A stretch of 64,000 nucleotides of DNA from Octopus sinensis (GCF_006345805.1 NC_042997.1:157418001-157482000); one strand, 5' to 3'; shown: positions 50,228-63,682, numbered from the stretch's first letter. Numbers and translations: made by a program. Notes: a model not told the origin generated them from the letters alone.

Positions 50228-51885
50228 GTATAGAAATTAAATATAAAATATAAATTACAAAGTGGGCAAGAACGCAAAAACACAAAAGAGACGACACAAA
50301 AACACAGACGGTCCCTCGAAGCGTCTAATCTTCAGTCGGAACCGGATCATCTTAGCAATTTCGGCTGTTTAATCTCGATATCACTCCGAACCGGCCAGCC
50401 CCAAGGAAAAACTAAGCCACAGGCATTAGATTTCTTGGAAAGAGGATCGAATGTATACGAAACAAGACAGGATGCCACACGATATAAATACAAGAAACAA
50501 AAAATAGAAATAAAAAACAAGAATGGTAAGCAGGACAAAAACAGCGGGCGTCTTACGACTTTAGACAATTTTTAACTTATCTTGGCTGGCGTATTTGAAA
50601 AATGCCTTTGCGGTAAAACGAAAACAAACGTTAACATGGCAGCGGTCAAGCCGAAAAGACCGGTTTGAATGCGGTCACGTGAGAGCACGGAAGAAAGAGA
50701 AAGAAAAAGAAAAGCAGGGAGCAAGGAATCAAAGAGAGAGAGAAAGAAAGGGACGAAGGCACCAGGGGGGGGGAGAGAGAAAGAAGGAAGGAATCAAAGA
50801 GGGGAGAAGAAACAGGATTGGCTTAGCAATAGAAATGATGGTGCAAATAAGAATGGGGGAAGAATCAGAGGCAAGGAAAGAGAAAGACACAGAGAGAGTG
50901 TGTGTAAAGACGTCGTACAAGGTAAAATGTGTATACATAGGAGATAGGGTTACGTTACGCCGCAGTAATATATGTATAGAAATTAAATATAAAATATAAA
51001 TTACAAAGTGGGACAAGAACGCAAAAACACACAAAGAGACGACACAAAAACACAGACGGGTCACTCGAAGCCTCTAATCTTCAGTCGGAACCGGATCATC
51101 TTAGCAATTTCGGCTGTTTAATCTCGATATCACTCCGAACCGGCCAGCCCCAAGGAAAAACTAAGCCACAGGCATTAGATTTCTTGGAAAGAGGATCGAA
51201 TGTATACGAAACAAAGACAGGATGCCACACGAATATAAATACAAGAAACAAAAATAGAAATAAAAAACAAGAATGGTAAGCAGGACAAAAACAGCGGGCG
51301 TCTTACGACTTTAGACAATTTTTAACTTATCTTGGCTGGCGTATTTGAAAAATGCCTTTGCGGTAAAACGAAAACAAACGTTAACATGGCAGCGTCAAGC
51401 CGAAAAGACCGGTTTGAATGCGGTCACGTGAGAGCACGGAAGAAAGAGAAGAAAAAGAAACAGGGAGCAAGGAATCAAAGAGAGAGAGAAAGAAAGGGAC
51501 GAAGGCACCAGGGGGGGGGAGAGAGAAAGAAGGAAGGAATCAAAGAGGGGAGAAGAAACAGGATTGGCTTAGCAATAGAAATGATGGTGCAAATAAGAAT
51601 GGGGGAAGAATCAGAGGCAAGGAAAGAGAAAGACACAGAGAGAGTGTGTGTAAAGACGTCGTACAAGGTAAAATGTGTATACATAGGAGATAGGGTTACG
51701 TTACGCCGCAATAATATATGTATAGAAATTAAAAATTAAATATAAATTACAAAGTGGGACAAGAACGCAAAAACACACAAAGAGACGACACAAAAAAACA
51801 GACGGGGCACTCGAAGCCTCTAATCTTCAGTTGGAACCGGATCATCTTAGCAATTTCGGCTGTTTAATCTCGATATCACTCCGAA
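50227..51885 (-). repeat. Tandem array of ~745-bp family G units (about 2.2 copies) bounded by (TA)n
   Basis: Units start at 50227, 50972 and 51718 (ATGTATAGAAATTAAA); near-identical, differing mainly by small indels. Confidence 0.95.
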
Positions 51886-51892
51886 ATATATA

Positions 51893-51934
<42 letters not shown>

Positions 51935-51964
51935 TATATATATCTATATATATATATATACATA

Positions 51965-52187
51965 TTATAAGTAAGGTAAAGTTTCCTTTCCGAGTCATAC
52001 CAAGTCATAACGGCTGGTTACGGACTCCTTGGCGTATAAATTCCCCACTTAGCCGGGAAAGCGGTCTGTCGCAAGATTACTCATTTTTGCCAGCTAAGTG
52101 AACACAGCGCGTCACCCGGTCCAGGAATGGAAACCACAACCTTCCGATCATGAGTCCAAGCACTAACCATTAACCCATGCGCCTCCA
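51965..52187 (-). mobile_element. tRNA-derived SINE (family C-like head, different body, ACCTT-type tail)
   Basis: Minus strand TGGAGGCGCATGGGTTAATGGTTAG...GTTTCCATTCCTGGACCGGG, ending AAACTTTACCTTAC. Confidence 0.7.
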
Positions 52188-52244
52188 TTATATACAGATA
52201 TATAGGAAGACACCCATATATATATATCTTCAAGCTTTTACTTG

Positions 52245-52610
52245 TTTAAGTCATTAGATTGCGGCCGAGCAGGAGCACCGCCTTGAAAATCTTCAGGCAA
52301 ACGAATCGATCGAAGTACTTACTTTTTTAAGTCTGGTACTTATGTCGAAGATCAAAGTTACGGTAACGTAATCATACTCACCCCCGTTTTCAATTGATGC
52401 TGAGGGGACAAACACAGACACAAAGACATACACGCGCGCACACACACACTTGCGCGCGCACGAGCAACAACCTTCTTTCAGTTTCTGTTCGCTAAATGCA
52501 TTCACAAGGCTTTGGTCGCCTCGAGGATCGAGTAGAAGACACGCAGTGGGACTGAATCCGAAACAATATGGTTGGGAAACAAACTTCTTACCACATAAAC
52601 GCTTCCCTGT
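52245..52610 (-). mobile_element. SINE family A, diverged copy
   Basis: Reverse-complement head and tail motifs. Confidence 0.75.
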
Positions 52611-52817
52611 ATATGTGCATATATATATGTACATATATATAGATCGCTAGCTACTATGTTTATTTCTGTGTTCCTTTCTGTCGAAGACCGTGGGTTCGAA
52701 ACGTAAAAGACTTTCTCACTTCCCGAGCGTTAAACTAATACATCTGTTTGTTTTTTGCACACCCGTCTTCGTCTGGTTTTTTTTTTTTTGTAAATGCTTA
52801 CTATATATATGTATATT

Positions 52818-52937
52818 CAGGATGTCCCAAAAGTCACTGATGGGTTTCAGTTTTTAATAACTTCCGTAACTTTACAAATAAATGCATGAAATTTTGACAC
52901 AATATGAAAGACACAATGGAACTTATGATGCACCAGT
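52818..52937 (+). mobile_element. Tc1/mariner-type terminal fragment cut by the gap
   Basis: Begins CAGGATGTCCCAAAAGTC (CAGGGTGTCCC-type TIR). Confidence 0.45.
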
Positions 52938-53037
52938 NNNNNNNNNNNNNNNNNNNNNNNNNNNNNNNNNNNNNNNNNNNNNNNNNNNNNNNNNNNNNNN
53001 NNNNNNNNNNNNNNNNNNNNNNNNNNNNNNNNNNNNN
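52938..53037. other. Assembly gap (100 N)
   Basis: Direct reading. Confidence 1.
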
Positions 53038-53763
53038 TATATATATTATATATATATATATATATGTGTGTGGGTGTTGTGTGTGTGTACATACATACAC
53101 AGACACACAGACACACACACAATATTGCACGCCTTTGGAGCTGAAACAAATAAAATAAAATAAAAATATATATATATCTATAACCACAGACAATAAAAAA
53201 AATTGCACCCACTGTTATTCACGTGTGCATTGTTAGTATAATAATATAGGTCGTTTTTCCAATATTTCTCACTAAGAACACACATAACAGCATTAACACA
53301 TATACAAGAAGACACATACTCCCACACTTACACAGTGGCACTCAAGAATACTGGTATAAGCGTTATTATTATCTCTCTTTTTTTTTATATAAACTGATCA
53401 TCTGTGAGCCTTGCCAGCTGAGGTGACAGAAGAGATCTAATAAGATAGAAACACGTCCAACTCATCCTCCAGTTGGTTTAAGGTAAAGACCTAGCCTACC
53501 TACAGTTTTTTGTTTCACAGATTTTGAATTAGCAGATAGAGTGAGAGTTATCTCCCTTACTGATTGTTTTTGTACTTTCATCAGCACTAGCGGGTGATTT
53601 TCAATTCTAATTACAATGGTAATCTTATTAACAGATTGTGTGTGTGTGTGTACGCGCGAGTGCTTATACATACATATATATGTATACATATATATATAAA
53701 TATATACGCACAGAGACATTTATATTTGTATGTGTCTGAGTATATATATAATGTGTATATGTG

Positions 53764-53809
<46 letters not shown>

Positions 53810-54087
53810 TGTGTGTTTGTGTGTATGTATGTACACACACACTGAAAATAATTCGAAATAACTAGGACTAGGTTAACGAACTCAATATACATTTAATCTA
53901 AATTTTATATTTATTTATAGATGTGGCTGTGTGGTAAGAGGTCTGTTTCTCAACTACGTGGTTCCGGGTTCAATCTAACTGCGTGGCTCCTGGAAAAGTA
54001 TGTGAATAGATGTATGCATTTATGATGTATAAATGCGAAGTAGTCACTGTCAGCACTATTCTTGTTAACGAATGGTATACTCTTACT

Positions 54088-54497
54088 CTTTTACTTGTTT
54101 CAGTCATTTGACTGCGGCCATGCTGGAGCACCGCCTTTAGTCGACCAAATCGACCCCGGGTCTTATTCTTTGTAAGCCCAGTACTTATTCTATCGGTCTT
54201 TTTGCCGAACCGTTAAGTGACGGGGACGTAAACACACCAGCATCGGTTGTCAAGCAATGCTAGGGGGACAAACACAGACACACAAACACACACACACATA
54301 CATACATATATATATATATACATATATACGACAGGATTCTTTCAGTTTCCGTCAACCAAATCCACTCACAAGGCATTGGTCGGCCCGGGGCTATAGCAAA
54401 AACACTTGCCCAAGATGCCACGCAGTGGGACTGAACCCGGAACCATGTGGTTGGTTAGCAAGCTACTTACCACACAGCCATTCCTGCGTATATATAT

Positions 54498-54538
<41 letters not shown>

Positions 54539-54760
54539 TGTGCATGTATATATTTGTGTGTGCGTGTTTGTTCCACCAACATCACTTCGCAACTGAAGCT
54601 GGTGTATTTACGTACTCGTAATTTAGCGTTTAGACAAAAGAGACCGATAGAATAAGTACTGGGTTTACAAAGAATAAGTCCTGGTGTCGATTTGTTCGAC
54701 TAAAGGTGGTGCTCCAGCATGGCCGCAGTCAAATGACTTAAACAATTAAAAGAGTAAAAG
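54088..54760. mobile_element. SINE family A full copy (54088-54487, minus) and a 3' half (54555-54760, plus)
   Basis: Near-consensus matches in opposite orientations. Confidence 0.9.
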
Positions 54761-54784
54761 AACACACACACACACACACACACA

Positions 54785-54838
<54 letters not shown>

Positions 54839-55675
54839 AATATATAAAGATAATATCTATATAAGCCAGCGTCAAAACCGATTAGGAAATATTTATACAA
54901 AGTATATGATTTTTAACTATATATATAACATGCAATATAACATCAAGGGCTATTACTATAAGTAAAGCGACGCGCTGTATGGGGCTCTAAAGTCAAACTA
55001 CTTCAATAAATATACACAGGCACCGAATTCGAGGGAATGAACATAAGTGAAATTCCTTTAAAAAAAGTTTTAGCGTTTGATATAATGATATATGTGTGTG
55101 TGTTTATATGTGAATCATTTACAATGTGTGTATATATATATGTGTATATATATATAATATAATATAATATAATATAATTAAGTTTAAGTGGAATTTGGTA
55201 CTTAAACTGAGGCACCTTACTAGGTCGGCATAATCTGCACACCCAAACAATATTAATTGAATATTGAATATTGAATATCAAGACTCTGTGCAGAGGTGCT
55301 TCTACCTGATATACACACCGTGTGTACCGACAACGTAACCCAGCTAAATGAAGATATCTGCTCTTGGTAATTTACATGCGTACTATTTATAAAGTACTTT
55401 CTATTGTATTTCCGAAGTGCAGATTCCAAGTTAGGTGAACAGAATATAAATGAGTAACAAAGATATACAGGTGTCAATTCATTACAGCCGTTTCTAGAAG
55501 CTCCTTTAATTGATTAATGAAAGCATTACATCATTTGAAAGAAACCGTTCTCGTGAGATGACTGCATAGATTTCAAACATAAATGATAATCATTTTTTAA
55601 AAACATATATACACCAATAATGGAGCTCAAAATATTTACATTGTTTCTTTTGTCATATCTGTGGCAGAATGTTAT

Positions 55676-55767
<92 letters not shown>

Positions 55768-56088
55768 GAAAGAGAAAGAGAGAGAGAGATGGGGGAGAGT
55801 AAATGATCTACAATCATCAAGCAAACTGAGTCCTCAGCTTTTTCCATTTGCCGGAAGGTTTGCAAGGTACCTACAGATTTCAAGGGACATATTCATGTCC
55901 ATAGAACAGGATTAAGGCTTTATTATACTGAACACTCATCGTTCATGACAGGAGAATCTATCATATACATACATACATACATGCATACATACATACATAC
56001 ATACATACATACATACATACATACATACATACATACATACGCATACATACATACATACATACATACATACATACATACATACATACAC

Positions 56089-56162
<74 letters not shown>

Positions 56163-56166
<4 letters not shown>

Positions 56167-56290
56167 AGGACCTAGAAATACCTGGTATGGTGCCCAGGTG
56201 CGCAGAACGCCTACCAGGGTGGATCAGACCCCTTGGTGTTGACTCTCACAACTGATCTAGGAGACGGAACACTCTTACAAGAAAATCCTG
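56163..56290 (+). mobile_element. Possible RTE 5' region remnant
   Basis: CAACTGATCTAGGAGACGGAACACTC resembles the RTE motif CAAC..GTCTAGGAGAAGGAAAACTC. Confidence 0.3.
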
Positions 56291-56598
56291 CGATCGTTTT
56301 ATCATCTGACGTGTGGCACACCGTGCACCTGTACAGACCATGCTAATTCGATGGAGAGAGTGTGCTTTGTTCAGCACAAGCAATGACCACTTTAAACAAG
56401 TCAAAGTGCCGGTTGTTCAGTAAACCATTTTCACTCGATAACACCTGAGGTTTGGCGCATCGATGTGTGCTTTTTGTTTTTATTGAAGATACACATGCGG
56501 TGTCACAGGGCTTAGGAATTGTTGAGGGTTATTTGCTGAACCCTCATTCATCGTCTTCGATGAGAGAATCCACCATATATATATATATATATATATAT

Positions 56599-57744
56599 AA
56601 CAGAAAATGGTGAAATATTCATAAACACCAATTGACTTACATCAATTATTATTTATTAATTCCATACAAATAGACTGCATCCCATCTAACAGCTGTTTCT
56701 GCTTTCAATGTTGTATGGTATAGCTATTGATATGCTGAAAATATTTATCATATTTGGTAATAAAACCGATCTGAAGCATGGAACTTCATCAGAGTGAAGA
56801 ATAAATAAAAAAGTAGATCAAGATCCTAGAGAAGAATAATGAAAAGTTGATTATGGTTATAATCATACCATTTTGCTTGTGAATCTCTTTGGAACGTTAA
56901 GTAAATGACTAAACTTAAAATATTATTTGGTGGGTTAATCCTATATACGTGGTGCATAGGATAGAAAAGTAATAAAAAAGATAAAAACAAAAAATAAAAA
57001 TAAAAATAGAAAATAATAGCGGTATACGCCAATACGTTTTAGTCGAAGGACTGAAGATACAACAAGGTTTTAAAACAGCTGGTCTTTTGTTTTAAAATTT
57101 TAACTGACAAATTATATTGAGCGCTGGACCTTGGCCTGTCTTACTTCGGACAACAGGTGGATGGACTTAATCACCTACTAGTAAGTAAAAAATTACATTT
57201 AATCGATTAAAACTTTATTATGATATATATACTATTAGTTAGTACTATAAACATAATAATAAAAAATTATAATGATTAATTTAAAACCTTACGGTATTTT
57301 CACCTCTTCTTCTATTACTAAAACTTATTGGCGTATCCGGCTATTGTTTTTTATTTTTTTAATTTTATTTTTTATTATTTATCCATCCTATGTCCCTCCC
57401 GTACAAAGGAGTAACCCACCGAATACTATTTTAAGTTTAGTTATTTACTCAACCTCCCGAAGAGATACACAACCAAAATGGTATGATTATAAACATATTC
57501 AACTTTTCCTTATTCTTCCCTAGGCTCCTCTTTTTTATCCATTCTTCACTCTGATGAAGCTCCATGTTCCAGATCGGTTTTATTACCAAATATGATAAAT
57601 ATTTTTAGCATATAAGTGACAATACCATGGAACATTGGAAGCAGAAACAGCTGTTAGATGGGATGCAGTCTATTTGTATTGAATTAATAAATAATAATTG
57701 ATGTAAGTCAATTGTTGTTCATCAATATTTCTCCATTTTCTGTT
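56599..57744. repeat. Diverged large inverted repeat (arms ~56599-57074 and ~57280-57744, ~205-bp spacer)
   Basis: The outer ~200 bp are clearly complementary (e.g. CCGATCTG/CAGATCGG and GACTGCATCCCATCTAACAGCTGTTTCTGC); the inner parts are more diverged. Confidence 0.9.
57546..57660 (+). ncRNA. Hammerhead-like motif with palindromic stem III (mirror copy at 56683-56797, minus)
   Basis: CUGAUGA-A-GCUCCAUGUUCC...(58 nt)...GGAACAUUGGAAGC-A-GAAAC-AGCU-GUU-AGAUG. ACAGCUGU palindrome; imperfect stem I. Confidence 0.55.
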
Positions 57745-57918
57745 TTTTGTTAAATTTTGATTCTTGGTAAACTCATATTTATCCTTGTCTTTACCTATAA
57801 TTTAGGAGCATAATATGCTTGCATATGTATGTCCATGGCTAAACATAGGTAATATACCGGTAGTATAATAGATACTTTTATCCCTTAGATGGTTATTTTA
57901 ATCTCTAACTCAGCCAAC

Positions 57919-57980
<62 letters not shown>

Positions 57981-58326
57981 GTTTACCGGTGGTGTCTTCA
58001 CAGTTTCGCAAGCCTGTTATTATTTAAGCATTCATGCGCGCGCGTATGTTTTCTCATGTTGAACTTAAAAAGAAAATGACAACGGTGATTCAAATCCTTA
58101 ATCGGTCATAAGTTGGGTGATTGACAAAAAAAGATCAGACTGAATGGAACTACTCTAATCATGTGCATGTAAATTGACAAAAACATGTAAATAAGGGCTG
58201 GTGTCTTTCGTAGTCAGGGCAATCCTGGATCTGTGTGATTTCTTGATTGCCCCTTTATGGGGGGGCCTTCGTGTATTGAGAGAACTGCATCACTAATGTC
58301 GTTACTTTTGTAGCATAGTACGGTCA

Positions 58327-58557
58327 GGTGGCGAGCTGGCAGAATCGTTAGCACGCCGGGCGAAATGCTTAGCGGTATTTCGTCTGCCGTTACGTTCTGA
58401 GTTCAAATTCCCCTGAGGTCGAATTTGCCTTTCATCCTTTCGGGGTCGATTAAATAAGTACCAGTTACGTACTGGAGTCGATATAATCGACTTAATCCGT
58501 TTGTCTGTCTTTGTTTGTCCTTTCTGTGTTTAGCCCCTTGTGTGTAGTAAAGAAAAT
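58327..58557 (+). mobile_element. SINE family B, full-length near-consensus copy
   Basis: GGTGGCGAGCTGGCAGAATCGTTAGCACGCCGGGCGAAATGC...GTAGTAAAGAAAATA. Confidence 0.9.
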
Positions 58558-58599
58558 AGGTGGTGAGCGCCAACGTAAATACGCACAGTTTATGAGCAA

Positions 58600-59300
58600 A
58601 TGAGGTTTAAATGGATACACACCATTTGGTCGCCACGAAGGCTAAAGAGATATTCTGGAGCTGTGGGTGCAAAAAGAAAACAGCAAAAATTCCAATTTCT
58701 ACACGTGTATCTGCAGGACGATTTGAGGGATTTCAACCAGAAAGAAGATGAAAGGAAAGTAAAGAGTGGTAGAAATTGAAATAACAACAGGTCACAGAAG
58801 CTGATGTTCTGAGGACATAGTCACTTGTTGCTCTGGAAACGATGGAAGTGTCGACAAATAGAAAGTCGACCAGGAATTATGAACCAAGAAACCAAATCTC
58901 GCTTCCTAGTTGCGTCATTCAGTTGTCTTACAACGAGGAGGAAGATGTGGATTTCGGAGAAGGGTGATAAACTGTCGAGATGGTCGAAAGAGGGATGGAT
59001 TAAGCAGTGAGAAAATAAAAAGCCCAAGCACGAGGCATATAAGACGCAAAAAGAGCTAATTTTAAGAGTCACTTTTCTTTGCAGTGATACAGAAGGAAAA
59101 CGTTCACCTAAACAGTTTAACGTTAAAGCTGGAATATAACGATACATTTGCTACGATCTTTGGATAGAGAGCCAGTACCAGACAAGTCGAAAAGACAAAT
59201 GTTTGCTAATATCATGTTGGTGGTCTATGAACATATGGGGTACAATGGCCCAGCAGAAGCAGAGGCATTTATTGTTCGGTAAACCAATAAATACTCAGTC
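58600..59300 (+). mobile_element. Unassigned decayed coding-like TE remnant (possibly BEL/Pao gag-protease)
   Basis: Stop-riddled frames contain GHRS*CSEDIVTCCSG (knuckle-like) and ANIMLVVYEHMGYNGPAEAEAFYCS (protease-like). Weak. Confidence 0.2.
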
Positions 59301-59849
59301 ACACTTTGGGAAATATTAATTCCACTACGAAGAGTGGAAGGACGTCGGAGCAGTGAAGTGACTTGATCGAGTCCAGGTGGGTGGATCATCATTATTTACT
59401 GTAGGAGAACTTATACATACATAATACATACACAAACACACGCTTGCACGCAAGCACGTACGCACACACACACACGCATATACACACACACATATATGTA
59501 TATATAATTATGTACAATATATATATACACATACAATATTCATCATCATCATCGTCGTCATCGTCATCATAATTGTCGTTATCATTATTGTAAACCTAAG
59601 GTCAGAAGATAACCAAAGAAGATTCCTGATAGCGATTTCATAGATGGCTGAATAAAGGGTACATAATTCAATACAAACTTGGGATTGTGAAAAAGGCAAC
59701 TGAATATGAGACTGAATTTAGAGTGCTGTTTCTTTTTTTGGTGGGGTGGGGGGCATTTATTTACTGTAATATTCTTTTGAACCTATCTTGTAGAAAGAAA
59801 TATAAATTTAATAACTCTTGCATTTTTCTTTTAAATTATTTAATCGGAG

Positions 59850-60100
59850 GAAAGGGCATCATTTAAAAGAGACGGGAGGAAAGTAATTTGCCGTTCCTTC
59901 CAGACATGATGTTCAGAAAAAAAATGTGGAGAGAAAGGGGAAATCAACAGGGTTGCAGTTAAGCGTTGCAAGAAATTAAACGAGGAATTTAACGTACAAA
60001 TTGAGGGTGATATATAGAAGAGAAGGGCTTGTGCGTCCCAGGAAGGAGGTGGCATGCAACTTGCTACTTCAGAGTAGGAGCCAGTCTAGTAGTGGGAGAC
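59850..60100 (-). mobile_element. Decayed CR1/L2-type LINE 3' end
   Basis: Minus strand NFLQRLTATLLISPFSPHFFSEHH resembles the ORF2 C-terminal motif SFF.RT..LWNSLP...FP. Confidence 0.35.
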
Positions 60101-60329
60101 GAGACAGAGAGAAACAGCATGTCTGAGTACGAGTGGTTGGAAAAAGTCGAATATTTGCCAATCAACCGTATAACCTACTTTTGTCTAGCAGTCTAGGACA
60201 TTTATATGTTTTTTGGCAAAACAACGGTAAAACACGCACACACACAAACACACACTGTATATCCATGCTGCATATGTGTATGTATGTGTTTGTGTGTGCA
60301 TGCATGTATAAATATATATATATATAATT

Positions 60330-60955
60330 GATTTTAATATATGATCGAAAGCCACGCATCCATTTCCAAGTAAGTTTTATCTTAATAATTCAGATGCGCT
60401 CTCTACACTCTCTATTCTCCCTCTATCGCTATTCTTCTTTCTTTCTGTTTTTCTTCTCCTCCCTCTTCACCGTTCTCTCTCTCTCTCTCTCTCTCCTTCA
60501 CTCCTCCTCCTTGACTCTCCCGTTATTCACACGTAACTAGCGGCTATCGTTCTTTTTTCCTCTCGCTATTCAAGAGATAAGACTTACGTTTGTCTGTCTC
60601 TTGTCATAGCTCCTTTCTCCAGCGTTCGGCACTTCACCTCGTTGTAGCTTAACAGCCCTCACCGTTTGTTTTTACTGTTTTGTTCTTATTGTCCTGTTTT
60701 TGTTACCACTTTAACTCGCCGCAAAAATCCCAAATTTTATATAATTTGCTTTGAGGGAAGGACTCTTTCAACGGAGTCGCGTCTTGTCCCTACCTTTGAA
60801 CGCGGGAACACTGATGATGGGATTGTTTTTTATGTTGCCTGTCTCGTTTCTTTATTTGTTTCTTTGTTTGTCCCAAAAAGTTCGTTTTCCATGTTTTTGT
60901 TTATTTGTCCTCGTTTTTCCTTTTGTTCACCTTTTTCTACGTCCTGTACCCATAT
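60330..60955 (-). mobile_element. Interspersed repeat family F copy
   Basis: Reverse complement of blocks in 45600-46180 and 9810-10425. Confidence 0.7.
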
Positions 60956-60956
60956 A

Positions 60957-61011
<55 letters not shown>

Positions 61012-61279
61012 CTGTCTGTGTGTGTGTAAGTATGTGCATATATGTATATATGCACATATATATTATTGATTTTATTATATATATGTACGTATAGATAGAT
61101 AGATACACACACACATACATACATACGTATATACACATATACATACAGCTTGGATTATAAACCTATCTACATAGTGTGTGTATGTGTCTGTAATATTGGA
61201 CTTGGTACAAGACTGGACTGAATATTCTAGATATTGTCTTGCTGTTGAACGAGTCTGGGTTACCATTTCTATCAGAGGA

Positions 61280-61665
61280 CTAGCAGTATCGCCCGGCGTT
61301 GCTCAGGTTTGTAAGGGAAATAACTATAAAGCATTTTTAGAGGGTTATAGCCAAAAAATAGCAAAAAAATGGAAAAAAAATGATGGTAAATTTTTTTTTG
61401 AGATTTAAAAAAGGTGGAGTTGCGTCCCCTAGACAGTTTGTGGTTCGTGTTTCTGATTCTCGACCCCATGTCGAATTTATCGATTTTTTTCAGAACTGGG
61501 GGAACTTTTCAAAATTTTCGCTGCGTTAGTTTTGAATAATGACATTGGGCTATGTGTGTGTCAAGTTTCATCAGAATCGGTTGAAAGCCGTGGTCAGGGT
61601 GAGGGTACAAGCAAACAGACACACAGAAACACGCACAGACAAACTGCCGTTTATATAGAGAGAGA
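61280..61665 (-). mobile_element. Non-autonomous Helitron with canonical termini
   Basis: Minus strand A|TCTCTCTCTATATAAA...CCTGAGCAACGCCGGG-CGATACTG-CTAG|T: 5' TC, sub-terminal hairpin, 3' CTAG, inserted between A and T, no TSD. Confidence 0.85.
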
Positions 61666-62159
61666 TATTGACCATGTTTCTGTTCATGGAACTTGAGCTT
61701 GACTGACCTGGTGCGTATAGTGTGTATATAAACCATACATATTCACGGAAAGCTCGGGTGGGATTTTGTGTGATTTCGTGTAAGTAGAATAGTGTGAAAA
61801 AAAGTCGATTATTCATGTACTCAAAGATTGGAAAAGACATAATCGAAGTTTTATGTAGAGCAGTATTGATTCGGGTATGATGACTTTTGTAGATGTATAC
61901 CTTCCACTGGTGCATACAGCGATTTGAATGGAATGGAGATCATAGGCGAGTTATGTAAGCATACTCTCACCCCTACTTCTTTCTCTCTATATATGCAATG
62001 GTGGTAGTGGTGGCAGTCGATCTTCATATCAAGCCAAGGAAACTAAGTTTCCATTGATTTTTCATTTCGCTGATATTATCTGTCACCTATAACACTAACC
62101 AGAAGTGTCACTATTTTTGGCCACGGGTGTTGGGTTGAGATTGGGATACTGACCTAGAC

Positions 62160-62280
62160 TTCATGTTATTGATCCTAGAAGGACGAAAGGCAAAGCTGAC
62201 CACACGGAATATAAACTCAGCGCACAAAGAATCGGCTCTAAATACCACTTGGTATTATATCAAACACTCTAACATCTTTA
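62160..62280 (-). mobile_element. Diverged SINE family B fragment
   Basis: GAAGGACGAAAGGCAAAGCTGACC...AACTCAG motif. Confidence 0.55.
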
Positions 62281-63481
62281 TCAATTCACCATATAAATGT
62301 GCGTGTATAGTGTAAAGAATGCATTTCTTTTCGTATAAAAGAAAAAAGTCTCCATTATTATTTGCAAGAGTCGCGCAGAGCGTCGTTTGTATGTATATTT
62401 AATGTGTATGTTTCCTTATTTTCATCTGTATCATATTTTCGCGCGGCCATCCATTTGGACTCTGAGGCATTCAGAGGACTTTCATAGCACAAAAATGTAG
62501 ATAATTCACTTAAAGATTACAAAGGCAACTTTACCAACGGATTAAAACGGAGCCAATTAAACAATCAACATTGCACAAAGTAAACCAGGCTACATCACAC
62601 ACACAAAAAAGTTAAACCAAATGCTAAAATAATCCTTCACAAAATTATACACAGAAAATCACCACCGGTATAATAAATTAGTTTACAAATATTAAGTTTA
62701 AAGGCCGATTAAAACATATCCTATTTGACGTCATAAAATTTAACCCATCTATTACCAAAACCTCTTCTATAAAGCCCCGCAATTCGAATCCAATTACAGT
62801 CTACAAAGTGTATGATTCTATCGGCATTTACTTTTATTTAATCACAAAGAATGCTGGGTCTAGAAAATCCTATAGAAGTGTTCAACATATCTTTGGTTAG
62901 CTACGAAAGTACCGAGTGGGCGATGTCGTGGAGTCTATTTTCTTTTGAGAGAACAATGTAATCAATAATGAATATAACAAGACAAAAGAGGGAAAACAGC
63001 CAAATGGATTTTAGAATATAGAGCGAGGAGAAGACAAATGATACATTCAGGAAACAGATATTAACCTTTATCAAAAAGTTTTAATTAAGATATCAAAAAC
63101 TAACCCAGTATCTACCGACATTTAGAATACCAGAATGAAGATTATCCCAGGTTTCTAAGAAGCGCAAATAAAATCTAACACTCATACATACATATTTTAA
63201 AATTCAAACTGTCCATCAAATTTTATAAACCAAATTGTTGTAGAAATTTGCAAACGTAAAATCAATCTTATATAAATCAAGTAAAACTGCTTATATGACT
63301 ATCTCTGCTAAAAGTCCATATATAATAAGAATAAATATATCGATATATGTTACGAAACAGTTAATTGACGCATTTAGAAGTTGCTTTATTTCATTTCTAA
63401 GTAATACTAAATATATATTTTCAAGTATTTGAGACTTAAGTCCCTTTTGCTAAAGCATTTCGGTAAAAGATTTCCACACAG

Positions 63482-63522
<41 letters not shown>

Positions 63523-63574
63523 ACACACACACACACACGCACACACGCACACACACTCAATCACACATGAACGC

Positions 63575-63612
<38 letters not shown>

Positions 63613-63639
63613 GTGAAGATTTTATGAACAAACTTCTGC

Positions 63640-63682
<43 letters not shown>

